A stretch of 64,000 bases of DNA from a virus (lineage: Duplodnaviria > Caudoviricetes), in the IMG/VR virus record IMGVR_UViG_3300048691_000224; one strand, given 5' to 3'. Within the stretch, counting starts at the first letter, position 1. The number at the start of each line of letters is the position of its first letter. The translations under genes and the position numbers were made by a program. Below, in pieces: positions 1-9,567 of the stretch. A model generated the notes under the pieces. It saw only the letters and a program-made list of their open reading frames with translations, was not told where the DNA came from and made no database searches.

Positions 1-321
1 CAACTTGATCATCAGCCTGATATAGGAGTCCATGTCGATCGTAGGAATAGAGTGCATGAATGCAGCAAACTTTACGAGCGATTGATAGTATCTCGACTCT
101 AGAAATGTTGTTTGAGGAGGCACCTTTCTTCCTTGGAATTTCATCCAAGTAGAATATGCGAGCCAAGCCGTCATTCCCTCTGTCGTCTTCATTTTCTGAG
201 CTCGCTGCATTTGAGTACACACGTGTTCAAGAAAGATAGTCTCGTTTACATATGCTTTATCACAGTGAGTACAGACGTAGCTATACTTGGTTTTTTTAGA
301 ATCAGTGTTATTTGTTGCCAT
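1..321 (-). CDS. Partial conserved phage protein with N-terminal C2H2/C2HC-type zinc-finger motif; runs off the window start
   Basis: Not in the ORF track. Manual translation from ATG at 321, after a GAGG RBS: MATNNTDSKKTKYSYVCTHCDKAYVNETIFLEHVC..., open to position 1. Confidence 0.7.
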   Translation of the reverse strand, partial: MATNNTDSKKTKYSYVCTHCDKAYVNETIFLEHVCTQMQRAQKMKTTEGMTAWLAYSTWMKFQGRKVPPQTTFLESRYYQSLVKFAAFMHSIPTIDMDSYIRLMIKL

Positions 322-342
322 AATACCTCAATGATACGCAAC

Positions 343-765
343 TTATTGTTTGTTGAGCTCTACCAATTCACACAATTCCTCATCAGATAGAAGAGGAAGG
401 ACACTCTGTGCGGTAGAGTGGGTGATGTTATAGTGAGCCATCACAGCCATCACAGCTGTTTCTTTTGCAACTGAACCTTTTTTTGTAGCCGCAGCTTTCC
501 ACTTCCATCGAGGGGATTTTGCTCGTGACCCCCGTCCAGCACTAGCTAGTAATGACAACTGTTGCTCCGCAGGCGTGGTGAAAACATATCGATTCACATT
601 CTGCAGGGCAATCGGGTCGGATGATCCACTATAGAACATCCACTTCATCAAAACTATTGGTACGAACTTTTTTTGTTCACTTGGAGTGAGTGCTCTGTGG
701 ATATCGTAATTCTTCTGGTGGAGTTGGTCCAGAACTTGAAACAGTGTTATTTCATTCACTGACAT
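343..765 (-). CDS. 62: Clamp loader small subunit (T4 gp62-like)
   Basis: FVPIVLMKW...W..K and C-terminal HYNITHSTAQSVLPLLSDEEL resemble gp62; lies two genes from a gp44-like gene. Start placed at MSVNE (765) to limit overlap. Confidence 0.6.
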   Translation of the reverse strand: MSVNEITLFQVLDQLHQKNYDIHRALTPSEQKKFVPIVLMKWMFYSGSSDPIALQNVNRYVFTTPAEQQLSLLASAGRGSRAKSPRWKWKAAATKKGSVAKETAVMAVMAHYNITHSTAQSVLPLLSDEELCELVELNKQ

Positions 766-1138
766 GGAACTTGCTGTTGCAAAATTTGCAGCGAATAGCA
801 AATGTTAGTTCAGAAGTGGGCTCTGCAGTATTCTTCAGTGTCTTGGATACTGATTTTGAAGCAGATGTAGTTGGTTTAGTATCTACACTCTGATCTTCAA
901 GTACCAAAAACTCCACAGAGTGGATACAGTGTTCGACTGCATCAGCTTTGAGTGTTTCCATCCTATCATACAGTGGCAATAACTTGGCACGCAAATCTTG
1001 GATCTGAGTCTCGATAGGTGAAATAGTTGCTGTCACCCATTCTTCTAATGCGCCCGTTCGTCTAAGAAACGCAACCTTATCATTGGGGCTCACTTTGGTA
1101 ATTTTACTTGCGATATTTGGTGGAATTTGAGAAGTCAT
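752..1138 (-). CDS. Hypothetical protein with possible C-terminal zinc ribbon
   Basis: 128-aa ORF in operon with HCIH and CKFC motifs. Confidence 0.55.
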   Translation of the reverse strand: MTSQIPPNIASKITKVSPNDKVAFLRRTGALEEWVTATISPIETQIQDLRAKLLPLYDRMETLKADAVEHCIHSVEFLVLEDQSVDTKPTTSASKSVSKTLKNTAEPTSELTFAIRCKFCNSKFHVSE

Positions 1139-1144
1139 AATATG

Positions 1145-2065
1145 TTAGTTGGTGTCGATAATTCTAAGTTGAGCAATCAGTGCTGCGAGACAAATAGTCA
1201 CGTCAGCTGAAAATGAGTGTTGGTACTGATACTGTGCAATAGCAATCACCGCATTATCAAACTTTACTGGTGTTGTGGAAAACGTCGGGTGTTCTAAGAG
1301 CGCATTAAAAATATCTGAGTAGCAGGTGACTACTTCGCTTGGAGTCATGTTAGTTGCGTGCGTCAACATATTTGAATATTGACTATCGAGAAAGCTGTGG
1401 ATCAAGTCACTTGTTTGATCACTCAATGGACCTGACAGCAACTTCCCCTTGACAGTTCGGTGCTGTAATGTGTTGATTACAGCTCTCATGTCTGGCATCT
1501 TGCTGGTTATAATCGCCTCAACATCACTCAAGTCAAATTCTACACCCTCAGATTCCAATATAAACAACACTCGCTTGAGTACCTGAGCATAAGGAAGTGT
1601 TGTAAAACTTATTGTTTCGCCACAACGAGACTTGAGAGCGGGAGTAATTTTATGACTGTTGTTTCCAGTGAGTATGAAACGAGCATCATTACTGTATCGA
1701 ACCATCACCTCTCTGAGTACGTCTTGGCTAGCTGTGCTCAGCCGATCGGCTTCTTCAATTAAAACAACCTTCATCTCACCAAAACCTGATGTGATGACAA
1801 AATTAATTACCCTGTCGCGCATTACGTCGACACTGTTATCCTTTGTTCCGTCAATAATTAGAACATCAGACGGTTCGATTCCACAGGCTTCTATTAATAG
1901 TTCAGCTAGTGTACTCTTGCCTGTACCTGGATCACCTGTTAGTAATAAGTGTGGGATTGATTTCTCTACCACAAACTCTCGCACCATCGATTTGAGGTGG
2001 GGAGATGTGAATGTGTATTCGTTGAGATTCTTCGGCGAATACTTGGATACCCATAATTCTTTCAT
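1145..2065 (-). CDS. 44: Clamp loader large subunit (T4 gp44 / RFC small-subunit family AAA+)
   Basis: LWVSKYSP RFC box, PHLLLTGDPGTGKST Walker A, VLIEEAD Walker B, ALKSRC SRC motif. Confidence 0.93.
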   Translation of the reverse strand: MKELWVSKYSPKNLNEYTFTSPHLKSMVREFVVEKSIPHLLLTGDPGTGKSTLAELLIEACGIEPSDVLIIDGTKDNSVDVMRDRVINFVITSGFGEMKVVLIEEADRLSTASQDVLREVMVRYSNDARFILTGNNSHKITPALKSRCGETISFTTLPYAQVLKRVLFILESEGVEFDLSDVEAIITSKMPDMRAVINTLQHRTVKGKLLSGPLSDQTSDLIHSFLDSQYSNMLTHATNMTPSEVVTCYSDIFNALLEHPTFSTTPVKFDNAVIAIAQYQYQHSFSADVTICLAALIAQLRIIDTN

Positions 2066-3204
2066 TATTTTTTAGTCTCTTGTTGCTTACGGTGAATGAA
2101 AGCTATTATACGCTCTTTCAGAATTTGTTCGTCAGCTGTTAATGTGTCTACCCTCGAATCAAGATCATCTACATACCGTTTTAGTTGGTCTATCTTTTCA
2201 GCCAAATCCCCATCAGATTTAATTTTATTACTAAAGTGTGTCCAGTCGGATTGCATCAAAGTAACGTTAAGTGGTTCTAGTCGCGAATGAGAGTTATCAG
2301 TAAATGTGTAACTAGGTAGTACTAAAGGCTGCTCATCTACTTCCGGTACTTCACTTTTGGGTTCAACCGCCGGTTGATTCTCGAACTTTGGCAGTGTGTA
2401 TTTGATACTAAGTGGTTTAAATGTTTGCTTAGGAAGAGGAGTCTCGACTAGGCGAGCCGTAGGTTGGCTTGTTGGTTCTGCCAGGATTTGTACAACGGGT
2501 TGGTTGTGATCTCGGGTGTTCTCACTAACCCGGCGGGCTATGGCGATATTGGCACAAATAGTCAATATCACGGCTAATGGATCAAATACCAATACCAGCA
2601 GTATCGTAAACCACGTGACTGCTACATCCACATCGTACCCGAGGGTTTTTGCAAGGTACACCATTGGGCCAACATCTGCTTGTTGTTCAATTTGAACGCT
2701 GGCAAGCTTTTGTTTCTCTACAGTAAGGACAGGTAACCTCTTGTTGATAGCAGTAATTTCAGTATTGAACTGCTTACCCAATCGCACTCGTCCAGCAACG
2801 TCTGTATCTTTAAGCTGCGCAATTTGTTGATCGATCTGCAGCTTGCGGTTGTTCAGTTGCTTCTCTTCTGCCTCGAGTAGTGCTAATGTGCTACTCGATT
2901 GTTTGAGTACCACCATGTCCATTTGATTTGCTTTGGTTAGGAAACCAAACACACCAAAACTCGTCACAAACATAACAAGAACTACCATCACTGATAGCAG
3001 TAACTTCATCACCCAACTTACATTGCCCCAAAATCTATACAGAAAGCTAACTGCAACCAGCTTCCCGAATTCAATTGTACTACCTAGAGCAACCACCGCC
3101 CAAAATGATCCAGCAAATGTAGTGGCTAAGCCGACAACACTAAAAAAACCTGCCGCAGTTGCGAGAGAGAAAGCAGCAAGGGATAATAAAATAATGAGTG
3201 GCAT
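2065..3204 (-). CDS. Membrane protein with coiled-coil region
   Basis: Three N-terminal hydrophobic segments, a heptad-rich middle and a further TM segment (WFTILLVLVFDPLAVILTI). Confidence 0.65.
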   Translation of the reverse strand: MPLIILLSLAAFSLATAAGFFSVVGLATTFAGSFWAVVALGSTIEFGKLVAVSFLYRFWGNVSWVMKLLLSVMVVLVMFVTSFGVFGFLTKANQMDMVVLKQSSSTLALLEAEEKQLNNRKLQIDQQIAQLKDTDVAGRVRLGKQFNTEITAINKRLPVLTVEKQKLASVQIEQQADVGPMVYLAKTLGYDVDVAVTWFTILLVLVFDPLAVILTICANIAIARRVSENTRDHNQPVVQILAEPTSQPTARLVETPLPKQTFKPLSIKYTLPKFENQPAVEPKSEVPEVDEQPLVLPSYTFTDNSHSRLEPLNVTLMQSDWTHFSNKIKSDGDLAEKIDQLKRYVDDLDSRVDTLTADEQILKERIIAFIHRKQQETKK

Positions 3205-3213
3205 ATTGAGTAG

Positions 3214-3438
3214 TTATTTTAAGCGGAGATTTGTGACTCGTGGAATATTTGAGCCAGGAAGTTCTTCTATCGAATCCCACACATACAGACCAATATCTGT
3301 AGAGTAGATCCGCAGCACCTCAGGTACTGCATCTGTAGTGTTAAAGGGCGGTTGGTTTAACACATATACAGGAAAGGGTTCGCCAGTAGACGATCCCTTG
3401 TCAAGTTGATTCCCAAGCGCTTCACGTAGTGTAACCAT
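3214..3438 (-). CDS. Hypothetical protein
   Basis: 74-aa ORF packed in the minus-strand operon. Confidence 0.5.
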   Translation of the reverse strand: MVTLREALGNQLDKGSSTGEPFPVYVLNQPPFNTTDAVPEVLRIYSTDIGLYVWDSIEELPGSNIPRVTNLRLK

Positions 3439-3444
3439 TAAGAA

Positions 3445-3741
3445 TCAGTCTTCGACGGCTAATACTTTAGCTTCATCCGTTCGCCAAACTCTGACGCCAT
3501 CTGACGTTACAGCTGCTGTCCATCCCATAGGCTCAATCAAGATGTGTGCACCAACGGTGATTCCAGTTGAAACATCTACCTCAGGTCCAACTGCAACGAC
3601 AGTCCCCCATCTAGTAGCTTTCACTTGCCCATCTGTAGATGCACCTAATATAATGCCTGAGGCCGCGTAGTCGTAAAATCGACCATCACGAACTTCATCA
3701 TCAAATTGGAATAAAATACTATCCTTGATTGGTGTAATCAT
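3445..3741 (-). CDS. groES: GroES-like co-chaperonin
   Basis: ITPIKDSILF, mobile loop SGIILG, GTVVAVGP, GAHILI and KVLAVED match the Cpn10 pattern; 98 aa. Confidence 0.85.
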   Translation of the reverse strand: MITPIKDSILFQFDDEVRDGRFYDYAASGIILGASTDGQVKATRWGTVVAVGPEVDVSTGITVGAHILIEPMGWTAAVTSDGVRVWRTDEAKVLAVED

Positions 3742-4070
3742 TTTGATTTTTTGCCAGTTGTTTGATTTGTTGGTTGTTCAGTAACTGATATGGATTCATC
3801 AATATTGACTGATAGTGACTGCAGTAATTCACCCGCCACACGAGCTTTCTCTTCTGCTTCTTTTTGTTCAGCCATCTTAGCATCTTGCTGTTTGGCTGCA
3901 ACCAATTTTTTCGCAGCCTCCATGTTGGCTCTCATTCTCTTTCGAGCGGCTTGTTCAACTGGATTGACGAGCGCGACAGGCGGTGCGACATTATTCGCTA
4001 CAGATGCCTGTACATTGAGAAGGTCCCAATCAATTAACTGCCCGCGTGCGCTTTTTATCATTTTAGTCAT
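3738..4070 (-). CDS. Hypothetical protein
   Basis: 110-aa ORF, ATGA overlap with groES; KSARGQLIDWD N-terminus. Confidence 0.55.
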   Translation of the reverse strand: MTKMIKSARGQLIDWDLLNVQASVANNVAPPVALVNPVEQAARKRMRANMEAAKKLVAAKQQDAKMAEQKEAEEKARVAGELLQSLSVNIDESISVTEQPTNQTTGKKSK

Positions 4071-4088
4071 AATACTCTTCCTTTAAAT

Positions 4089-4652
4089 TTAAACTCGTAA
4101 AAATTCTCTATAATCCAACTCGTGTACGATCGGATCAATTGCATGTAGCTCCAATAAAAATAGTAGGTAACAGTATACCGAGCTACCTCTACCAACACCC
4201 CAGGGAACACTAGCCATCTTTAGTCTGTCGACAATAAATTTGACAGTCTTCAGGATATCAAATTTATCCTTTGTTTGGAACCAACTCATCTCAGCAGCAA
4301 AGCGTACATCATATAAGTCACTTTCCTGAAGCGGCAGCGTATGTTGAAAGTGCAACTCTTTCATGTGCTCTACTATGTTCAAGTTACTATATGCAGCTGG
4401 TAGTGTACTAGATACATCCAGAGAGGCAGTAAGGTCAGATTCTGAGAATTCTGTAACCGGTGTTGATGTATATTTATTAAACTCTCGCAGCTCGTCATTC
4501 ATTTTGAACACACGAACATTGTCACCAGGTACCTTCCGAAACGCCTTGTTCTTTGTAAAATTCTCTACAGACGTAACAGATACTCCCGTTTCGAGTAGAA
4601 ATCTACCATCTAATTTAGTATACCCAACATCAAACGAACGATGGGAACTCAA
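4089..4652 (-). CDS. dnaE: DNA polymerase III alpha (DnaE) fragment
   Basis: C-terminal WGVGRGSSVYCYLLFLLELHAIDPIVHELDYREFLR matches the DnaE GxGRGS...IDP...FERFL segment; ends before the PDID catalytic motif. Confidence 0.8.
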   Translation of the reverse strand: MSSHRSFDVGYTKLDGRFLLETGVSVTSVENFTKNKAFRKVPGDNVRVFKMNDELREFNKYTSTPVTEFSESDLTASLDVSSTLPAAYSNLNIVEHMKELHFQHTLPLQESDLYDVRFAAEMSWFQTKDKFDILKTVKFIVDRLKMASVPWGVGRGSSVYCYLLFLLELHAIDPIVHELDYREFLRV

Positions 4653-4968
4653 CTGCCTGATCTCCGGTTGGTTGATCTAAACGTGATGTAGATTTTGAGA
4701 TAGATTCGTACTGCTGAACAGGTGCAGGGAGCCAAGTTGGCTGTGTTACACCAGGATATGTTGTTGGTTGACGAGGTGCCGCAACCTTTGGTGATGTATC
4801 CAACTGATCAATAATTTGAACAATATCAGCCCATTGTTGAGCTGTCGGTACCCAATTTTTGCCTCCTACGAACATAATTCCTTTTAGGTAGGAACGAAAT
4901 TCTTCAAGGGTCATTACTCCTGGAGTAATTTTAGTGATTTTGGTTGATTTTGGTTTAGGTGATGTCAT
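4630..4968 (-). CDS. Hypothetical protein
   Basis: 112-aa ORF with MTLEEFRSYLKG...WVPTAQQW motif, in operon. Confidence 0.55.
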   Translation of the reverse strand: MTSPKPKSTKITKITPGVMTLEEFRSYLKGIMFVGGKNWVPTAQQWADIVQIIDQLDTSPKVAAPRQPTTYPGVTQPTWLPAPVQQYESISKSTSRLDQPTGDQAVEFPSFV

Positions 4969-4984
4969 TGAAGTATCCTAGTAG

Positions 4985-5545
4985 TTACATAATCAAGTCA
5001 GCTGGGCACATATTCTTCAAGAATTTTTGCCAAAAGTCGATGGGTGAAATCAATATCCATTTAGTTGGAGAGATTGCAATGCACATAACCTGATGTTTAG
5101 TTAGCGATGGATAGAAGAATGTGCGAGCTTGATCAAAATTAACGATGCGGTACCCACTATCCATTACAGTGTGATGTGTCGGGCCAACAACAAATAACTT
5201 AAAATTGCTATTGGTCAACTCATGTACCTTGATTACATCCATAGTACAAGTCGCCTTGTCACATACAATGACGTGCCAATCTACAGGCAGGTGAATCATG
5301 TTACCACCGATCTCTAAAGTAATAGAGGATGATTGCATTTCTACCCCGACGGTAATTGGTGAACAGAAATAGTCAAGGTGTTTAAGGTTATAATTCCAAA
5401 AACCATCAGACACAGCTTTCAAGTCACTAAGTGTGGAAATTGGTCGAGGAGTATCAAGTTTATCTAGTAGAATCATGTGTGCTTTAGTTTGAATCGTAAA
5501 TGTTAGTATACATCGGTGTAGTATTAGGTCACTACTCGCCAGCAT
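4985..5545 (-). CDS. Hypothetical protein (true start probably at the internal MILLDK)
   Basis: ORF between uvsW-like and dnaE-fragment genes. Confidence 0.55.
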   Translation of the reverse strand: MLASSDLILHRCILTFTIQTKAHMILLDKLDTPRPISTLSDLKAVSDGFWNYNLKHLDYFCSPITVGVEMQSSSITLEIGGNMIHLPVDWHVIVCDKATCTMDVIKVHELTNSNFKLFVVGPTHHTVMDSGYRIVNFDQARTFFYPSLTKHQVMCIAISPTKWILISPIDFWQKFLKNMCPADLIM

Positions 5546-6965
5546 ACCTTACTTTTTTCACAGTGCACGGGTAGCGTGCATCTGTGTAATATTTTTGCCT
5601 TTGCCGCCCATGAGAAGCGCCAAATGAGTAATTGGTACCGATGTCATACAAGTTCACGTGCGTTTTGTCATGGGCCATTCTCAACCCACGCCCAATTGCC
5701 TGCACCACTCGTGTAAACGACTTGCCAATATCAATCAACCCCAAATTAAATACACGATCGATACTCAATCCTGTACCAGCAATTTGAACATTGGCGATAA
5801 CAATAATGTTATCCTGAGTCTCAAACAAATCATAGGCAACTCGGCGGTCCTTTTCTTTGTCTTGGCCGTATAAGAATGTACAGCGATCTCTACCGATAAT
5901 ATCAGCAATTAACTTACCTTGTTTGACAGATGATACCAGGATTAGTGTATTACCACTTTCGCTGGTATTAACTATGAACTCTGATATGTAATCATTTCTG
6001 TCACTATCGAGAATCAGTGCTTTTTTCTCAAAATCATATTCTGAGAAAACATTTGCCTTTGGATCGTGGGTGTCTTGCAACACCATCTGAGTAATCTGAA
6101 TGGTGGCGAGTAGTCCTTGATCCATGAGGGTAGAGGCTTCAATTGTATAAACAACATCTGATCCCATGCCTGCAATCACTGTGCGCTTATCAGACTCATC
6201 TTTGGGTAGTGTTCCTGTACATCCAATCCTCACTGGAATGTTCGCGCCGTGCTTAATCAACAATTTTTGAAGTACTTCACCCTTCGCGCCATGAACCTCA
6301 TCACATATGATGGCCTGAAATCCTCCACCAGATATAATTTCTGGGTGATTCTTCAGCGCTTGCCAGGTGGAGATCACGTGATCGTGTTCCAGATCCTTTG
6401 TCTTACCTGAGTACGAACCAACATCAAGTCCTACGGCGGCGTAAGATTTGACCGTCTGATTGATCAGTGTGACACTCGGAACAATTACTATAGATCGAAA
6501 CCCAACATCCTGGTAGACTTTGCTTAGTGCTGCACAGATATACGTCTTACCAGCACCAGTGCTTGCTAAGATAATACCCTTGTGGTGATTATCAATAATA
6601 GCATTCACTGCCTCTACCTGGTGCTTCCTCAATGTTATACCATATTGTGAGAATATAGATTCATTGATTTGAGCAATGTCCAGGTCAAGTGTACCACGTT
6701 GATCGTTGAGTTTGAGTTTGTACCCGAATCGTTGGATCGCTACTATGACTGTGGGTAGAAATGCTTGGTACGTTCTACCAGCTGTGGTAAAGAATGCTAC
6801 CTTGCCGTCCCACCGCCCAAGCTTAAACAGTGGCATGTACTTGTAACCAGGAACATAGAAGCTATTATTTTTAACCAACACATCAGTGTGCTCTGGAGTA
6901 AGACCACTCAGAGTGCAAGTCACTTCATCTTTAATGGTTACAGTACAGATTCGTTGGTTTTCCAT
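5532..6965 (-). CDS. uvsW: UvsW-like SF2 DNA helicase
   Basis: LRKHQ Q-motif, STGAGKT, DEVH, TGT, GTGLSI and QAIGRGLR; near uvsX/uvsY. Confidence 0.88.
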   Translation of the reverse strand: MENQRICTVTIKDEVTCTLSGLTPEHTDVLVKNNSFYVPGYKYMPLFKLGRWDGKVAFFTTAGRTYQAFLPTVIVAIQRFGYKLKLNDQRGTLDLDIAQINESIFSQYGITLRKHQVEAVNAIIDNHHKGIILASTGAGKTYICAALSKVYQDVGFRSIVIVPSVTLINQTVKSYAAVGLDVGSYSGKTKDLEHDHVISTWQALKNHPEIISGGGFQAIICDEVHGAKGEVLQKLLIKHGANIPVRIGCTGTLPKDESDKRTVIAGMGSDVVYTIEASTLMDQGLLATIQITQMVLQDTHDPKANVFSEYDFEKKALILDSDRNDYISEFIVNTSESGNTLILVSSVKQGKLIADIIGRDRCTFLYGQDKEKDRRVAYDLFETQDNIIVIANVQIAGTGLSIDRVFNLGLIDIGKSFTRVVQAIGRGLRMAHDKTHVNLYDIGTNYSFGASHGRQRQKYYTDARYPCTVKKVRYAGE

Positions 6966-6992
6966 TGGAGTAAAATTATTCTATTGTGGGGT

Positions 6993-7196
6993 TTACGGCT
7001 CATACATCGTCAGTATAATGTCCGAAATTGCTTGAATTGCTGCTGCCTTAATCTCAGTCGTCAGGCTACTATCACTATCGATTGCAATCACGAGCATTGC
7101 TCCGTAAAGATCAACTGGCGTAGCTGACGGTAGCATCTGTCGATGCATATTAGTAATTGCTGCAATGCATGTCTCTAAGTGAGAATTTGTTTCCAT
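6993..7196 (-). CDS. Hypothetical protein
   Basis: 67-aa ORF with GGGA RBS. Confidence 0.45.
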   Translation of the reverse strand: METNSHLETCIAAITNMHRQMLPSATPVDLYGAMLVIAIDSDSSLTTEIKAAAIQAISDIILTMYEP

Positions 7197-7245
7197 TGAT
7201 TATCCCATTCACACAAGTTGGTGGATTCGATTTTATACGTGGCAA

Positions 7246-7692
7246 TTAACAGAATTTTTCCAGAGCTGGTTCAAAATAATCAGGACCTTTTCCAATTTTT
7301 CCCTGATCGTTGAAAATCGGCATTCCATCGACGAATTTAGAATTATTGGACGCTGACACCTCAGCTAGGGATTCAATCATGTCATACCCAAACATCCAAC
7401 CAACACCATTCGCGGTAACTTGCTGATCGCACAGAGAGTCCAATAGTTCTACGGGGTCAACTGCAAAAATGTTCACTCGATGATTTGATTTCAGATAGTT
7501 TGAAGCGTTTTCCGCTACTACCTTTAGTTCCTCTAGCAGTTTGATTGCATCTTTATCATCAGCGGCAATTCCTCTGAACATCTCAGCAAATTCTTCAATG
7601 TGTACAGCAATCTGCACACGTTTGTTTGCTTGTGTAGGGTTGGGAACAGCCTTGCTAAACCATTCGATAATTTCTTGTTGTGTATTTTTCAT
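7246..7692 (-). CDS. MazG-like / all-alpha NTP pyrophosphohydrolase
   Basis: IEEFAE, ELLDSLCD, EVSASNNSKF and GKIGKGPDYFEP are typical of phage NTP-PPases. Confidence 0.8.
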   Translation of the reverse strand: MKNTQQEIIEWFSKAVPNPTQANKRVQIAVHIEEFAEMFRGIAADDKDAIKLLEELKVVAENASNYLKSNHRVNIFAVDPVELLDSLCDQQVTANGVGWMFGYDMIESLAEVSASNNSKFVDGMPIFNDQGKIGKGPDYFEPALEKFC

Positions 7693-7976
7693 TGTGTGCT
7701 AATTGCTTCGTAAGTTTTGTGAAAGATTTCCGGTTTGCAGGCATAGAATTCACCCTCTACACCCTTGATGACATAATCACCCTCTGTAGCAATGTGGATT
7801 ACTTTAAGTTCCGAACCATCTTCGAGGGTACCAATCTCCATCTCACCCTTTGCACTCGGATGCCGAGCTTTTGATAGTTTACCCATACTAGATCCTAGAA
7901 ATTTTTTAAATTCAGGTGTAGGAGGGTACGTGAATAGCAGTGCGTCAATCACTACGGGTTTTTTGCGGTATTGCAT
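7689..7976 (-). CDS. Widespread small phage protein (YRKKPV...GDYVIKGVEGEFYACKP family)
   Basis: Recognisable conserved N- and C-terminal motifs; function not established from sequence. Confidence 0.7.
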   Translation of the reverse strand: MQYRKKPVVIDALLFTYPPTPEFKKFLGSSMGKLSKARHPSAKGEMEIGTLEDGSELKVIHIATEGDYVIKGVEGEFYACKPEIFHKTYEAISTQ

Positions 7977-7978
7977 AA

Positions 7979-9097
7979 TCAGACAAATCCAAATGGTTTT
8001 TTAGTACTATCTACTGTACGATTCCGAGCTTGCAAATTATACAACTCTGCTAAGGTGTAATCTTTGTTGCTTAATTGTTTAACATCATAAGTCGGGTCAT
8101 ACTCAGACATAAATGTACGGGCTTGCTCTCGTTCGAGAGCCTTGAAGTTGACTACAGAGAAGCACCGACCTGGTCGAAGCAGCGCTGGGTCGATTTTATC
8201 GTGCGATTCTAAGTTGGTTGTGAATATAATCTTCTTGCTAGCGCTTGATACCAATCCATCACCAACATTCAAGAACTTGTGCATCAACGTGTTGCCAGCA
8301 CTACGAGCTTCCAAGAATGTGTCAGCATCTTCCATGATTAGTGATCCGTGCTGCCCTTCCATGAACTCACCGAAGAAGTAATCCTTCTCTAGAATTCCTG
8401 TATCGTATGTGACCATTGCGTCTTTTTTCATACGCTGCAATAGGAATTTCAAGAATGTTGATTTGCCAGTCCCTGGTGTACCCAACAACACCAACACATT
8501 TTCACTTGATGCAATAAAATCATCCACAAACTTTTCTACACCGCCCTCAATGTATGGATATGCAGCATCAGTGACGGCGTGCTTTGGTGGCGTCAGAGGA
8601 ATATCAAACTGCCCACCATCATTGGAGTATACCCACGAGATCATCACATCGACTGGTGCGAAGTTCTCAAGTAACACACCCATAACTCCACTGACGAGCG
8701 TTTCATCACCTGCGATCTCGAGGTTACACAGATTGGCAGATCGAAATCGAACCTGAATCAACAATTCTTTATCTGGACACTGGAGCCACATCTGAGTTTC
8801 TGAAAACGCAAATACTAGGAAATTCGGGTATAGATCTCGGAGCAGTGCAAAGACGACCTTACCAGCAGCCTGGGTCTGGAATTGTTGTGTGCTTGTATTC
8901 TTTTTGGCATCATAACGAGCCTTGAGGAATGTAGACTCAGCGAGGTTTTTGAATGTAGATTCGACTAGCGATATTGGGTTTGTTGTTGGCATAGGTGGGT
9001 ATGTTTGTATTGAATAACGAGAGGATAGGGATGAACGAGCTAGATGAGCAAGCTCTCTAGGAAGGAACTGTTTGGCAGCGTGGAAACTGTGGGACAT
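7979..9097 (-). CDS. AAA+ ATPase (BCS1-like)
   Basis: LLGTPGTGKST, LIMEDAD, IIFTTN and IDPALLRPGRC. Confidence 0.85.
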   Translation of the reverse strand: MSHSFHAAKQFLPRELAHLARSSLSSRYSIQTYPPMPTTNPISLVESTFKNLAESTFLKARYDAKKNTSTQQFQTQAAGKVVFALLRDLYPNFLVFAFSETQMWLQCPDKELLIQVRFRSANLCNLEIAGDETLVSGVMGVLLENFAPVDVMISWVYSNDGGQFDIPLTPPKHAVTDAAYPYIEGGVEKFVDDFIASSENVLVLLGTPGTGKSTFLKFLLQRMKKDAMVTYDTGILEKDYFFGEFMEGQHGSLIMEDADTFLEARSAGNTLMHKFLNVGDGLVSSASKKIIFTTNLESHDKIDPALLRPGRCFSVVNFKALEREQARTFMSEYDPTYDVKQLSNKDYTLAELYNLQARNRTVDSTKKPFGFV

Positions 9098-9108
9098 GAG
9101 TTTAAGTA

Positions 9109-9567
9109 TTACAAAAATAAATTATCGAGACTTGCTACACGTGCTTTGACCAGTGCGTTCAACATGAAGCCCTTTTGTTTCAGTGCTTCGCACGCGGCGC
9201 GGTACTTTTCTTCTAATTCAGACACTTCTAGGAATAGTTCTTTCAATTCCACTAGAGATTCTTCGTTGTTTACGTAGTTTTCTTTATCGCGGTAATTTAA
9301 CTCACGGGGGTGGTGCTCTGTGAAGTGTTTCCATAAGCGACCACGCACCTTCTCAACTCGGGTCTCAATTACCTTGCGCAGAGCTTTTAATTCTACTGCC
9401 CTCAGTTCGTAATACCCGACTAAGCTTGCTTGCTCGATCAGTAATTGATCCAGCGCCTTACCCTTCATCTTGAGATCGATAGTGACGTTTTTAAACTCAC
9501 TCTCAAACTTGTCCAAGATTTCGGATAGATTTTCGAAATTATTTCCGAGTGAATTGATTATACTCAT
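9109..9567 (-). CDS. uvsY: UvsY-like recombination mediator
   Basis: 152-aa helical protein with EALKQKGFML C-terminal motif; near uvsX and uvsW. Confidence 0.7.
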   Translation of the reverse strand: MSIINSLGNNFENLSEILDKFESEFKNVTIDLKMKGKALDQLLIEQASLVGYYELRAVELKALRKVIETRVEKVRGRLWKHFTEHHPRELNYRDKENYVNNEESLVELKELFLEVSELEEKYRAACEALKQKGFMLNALVKARVASLDNLFL

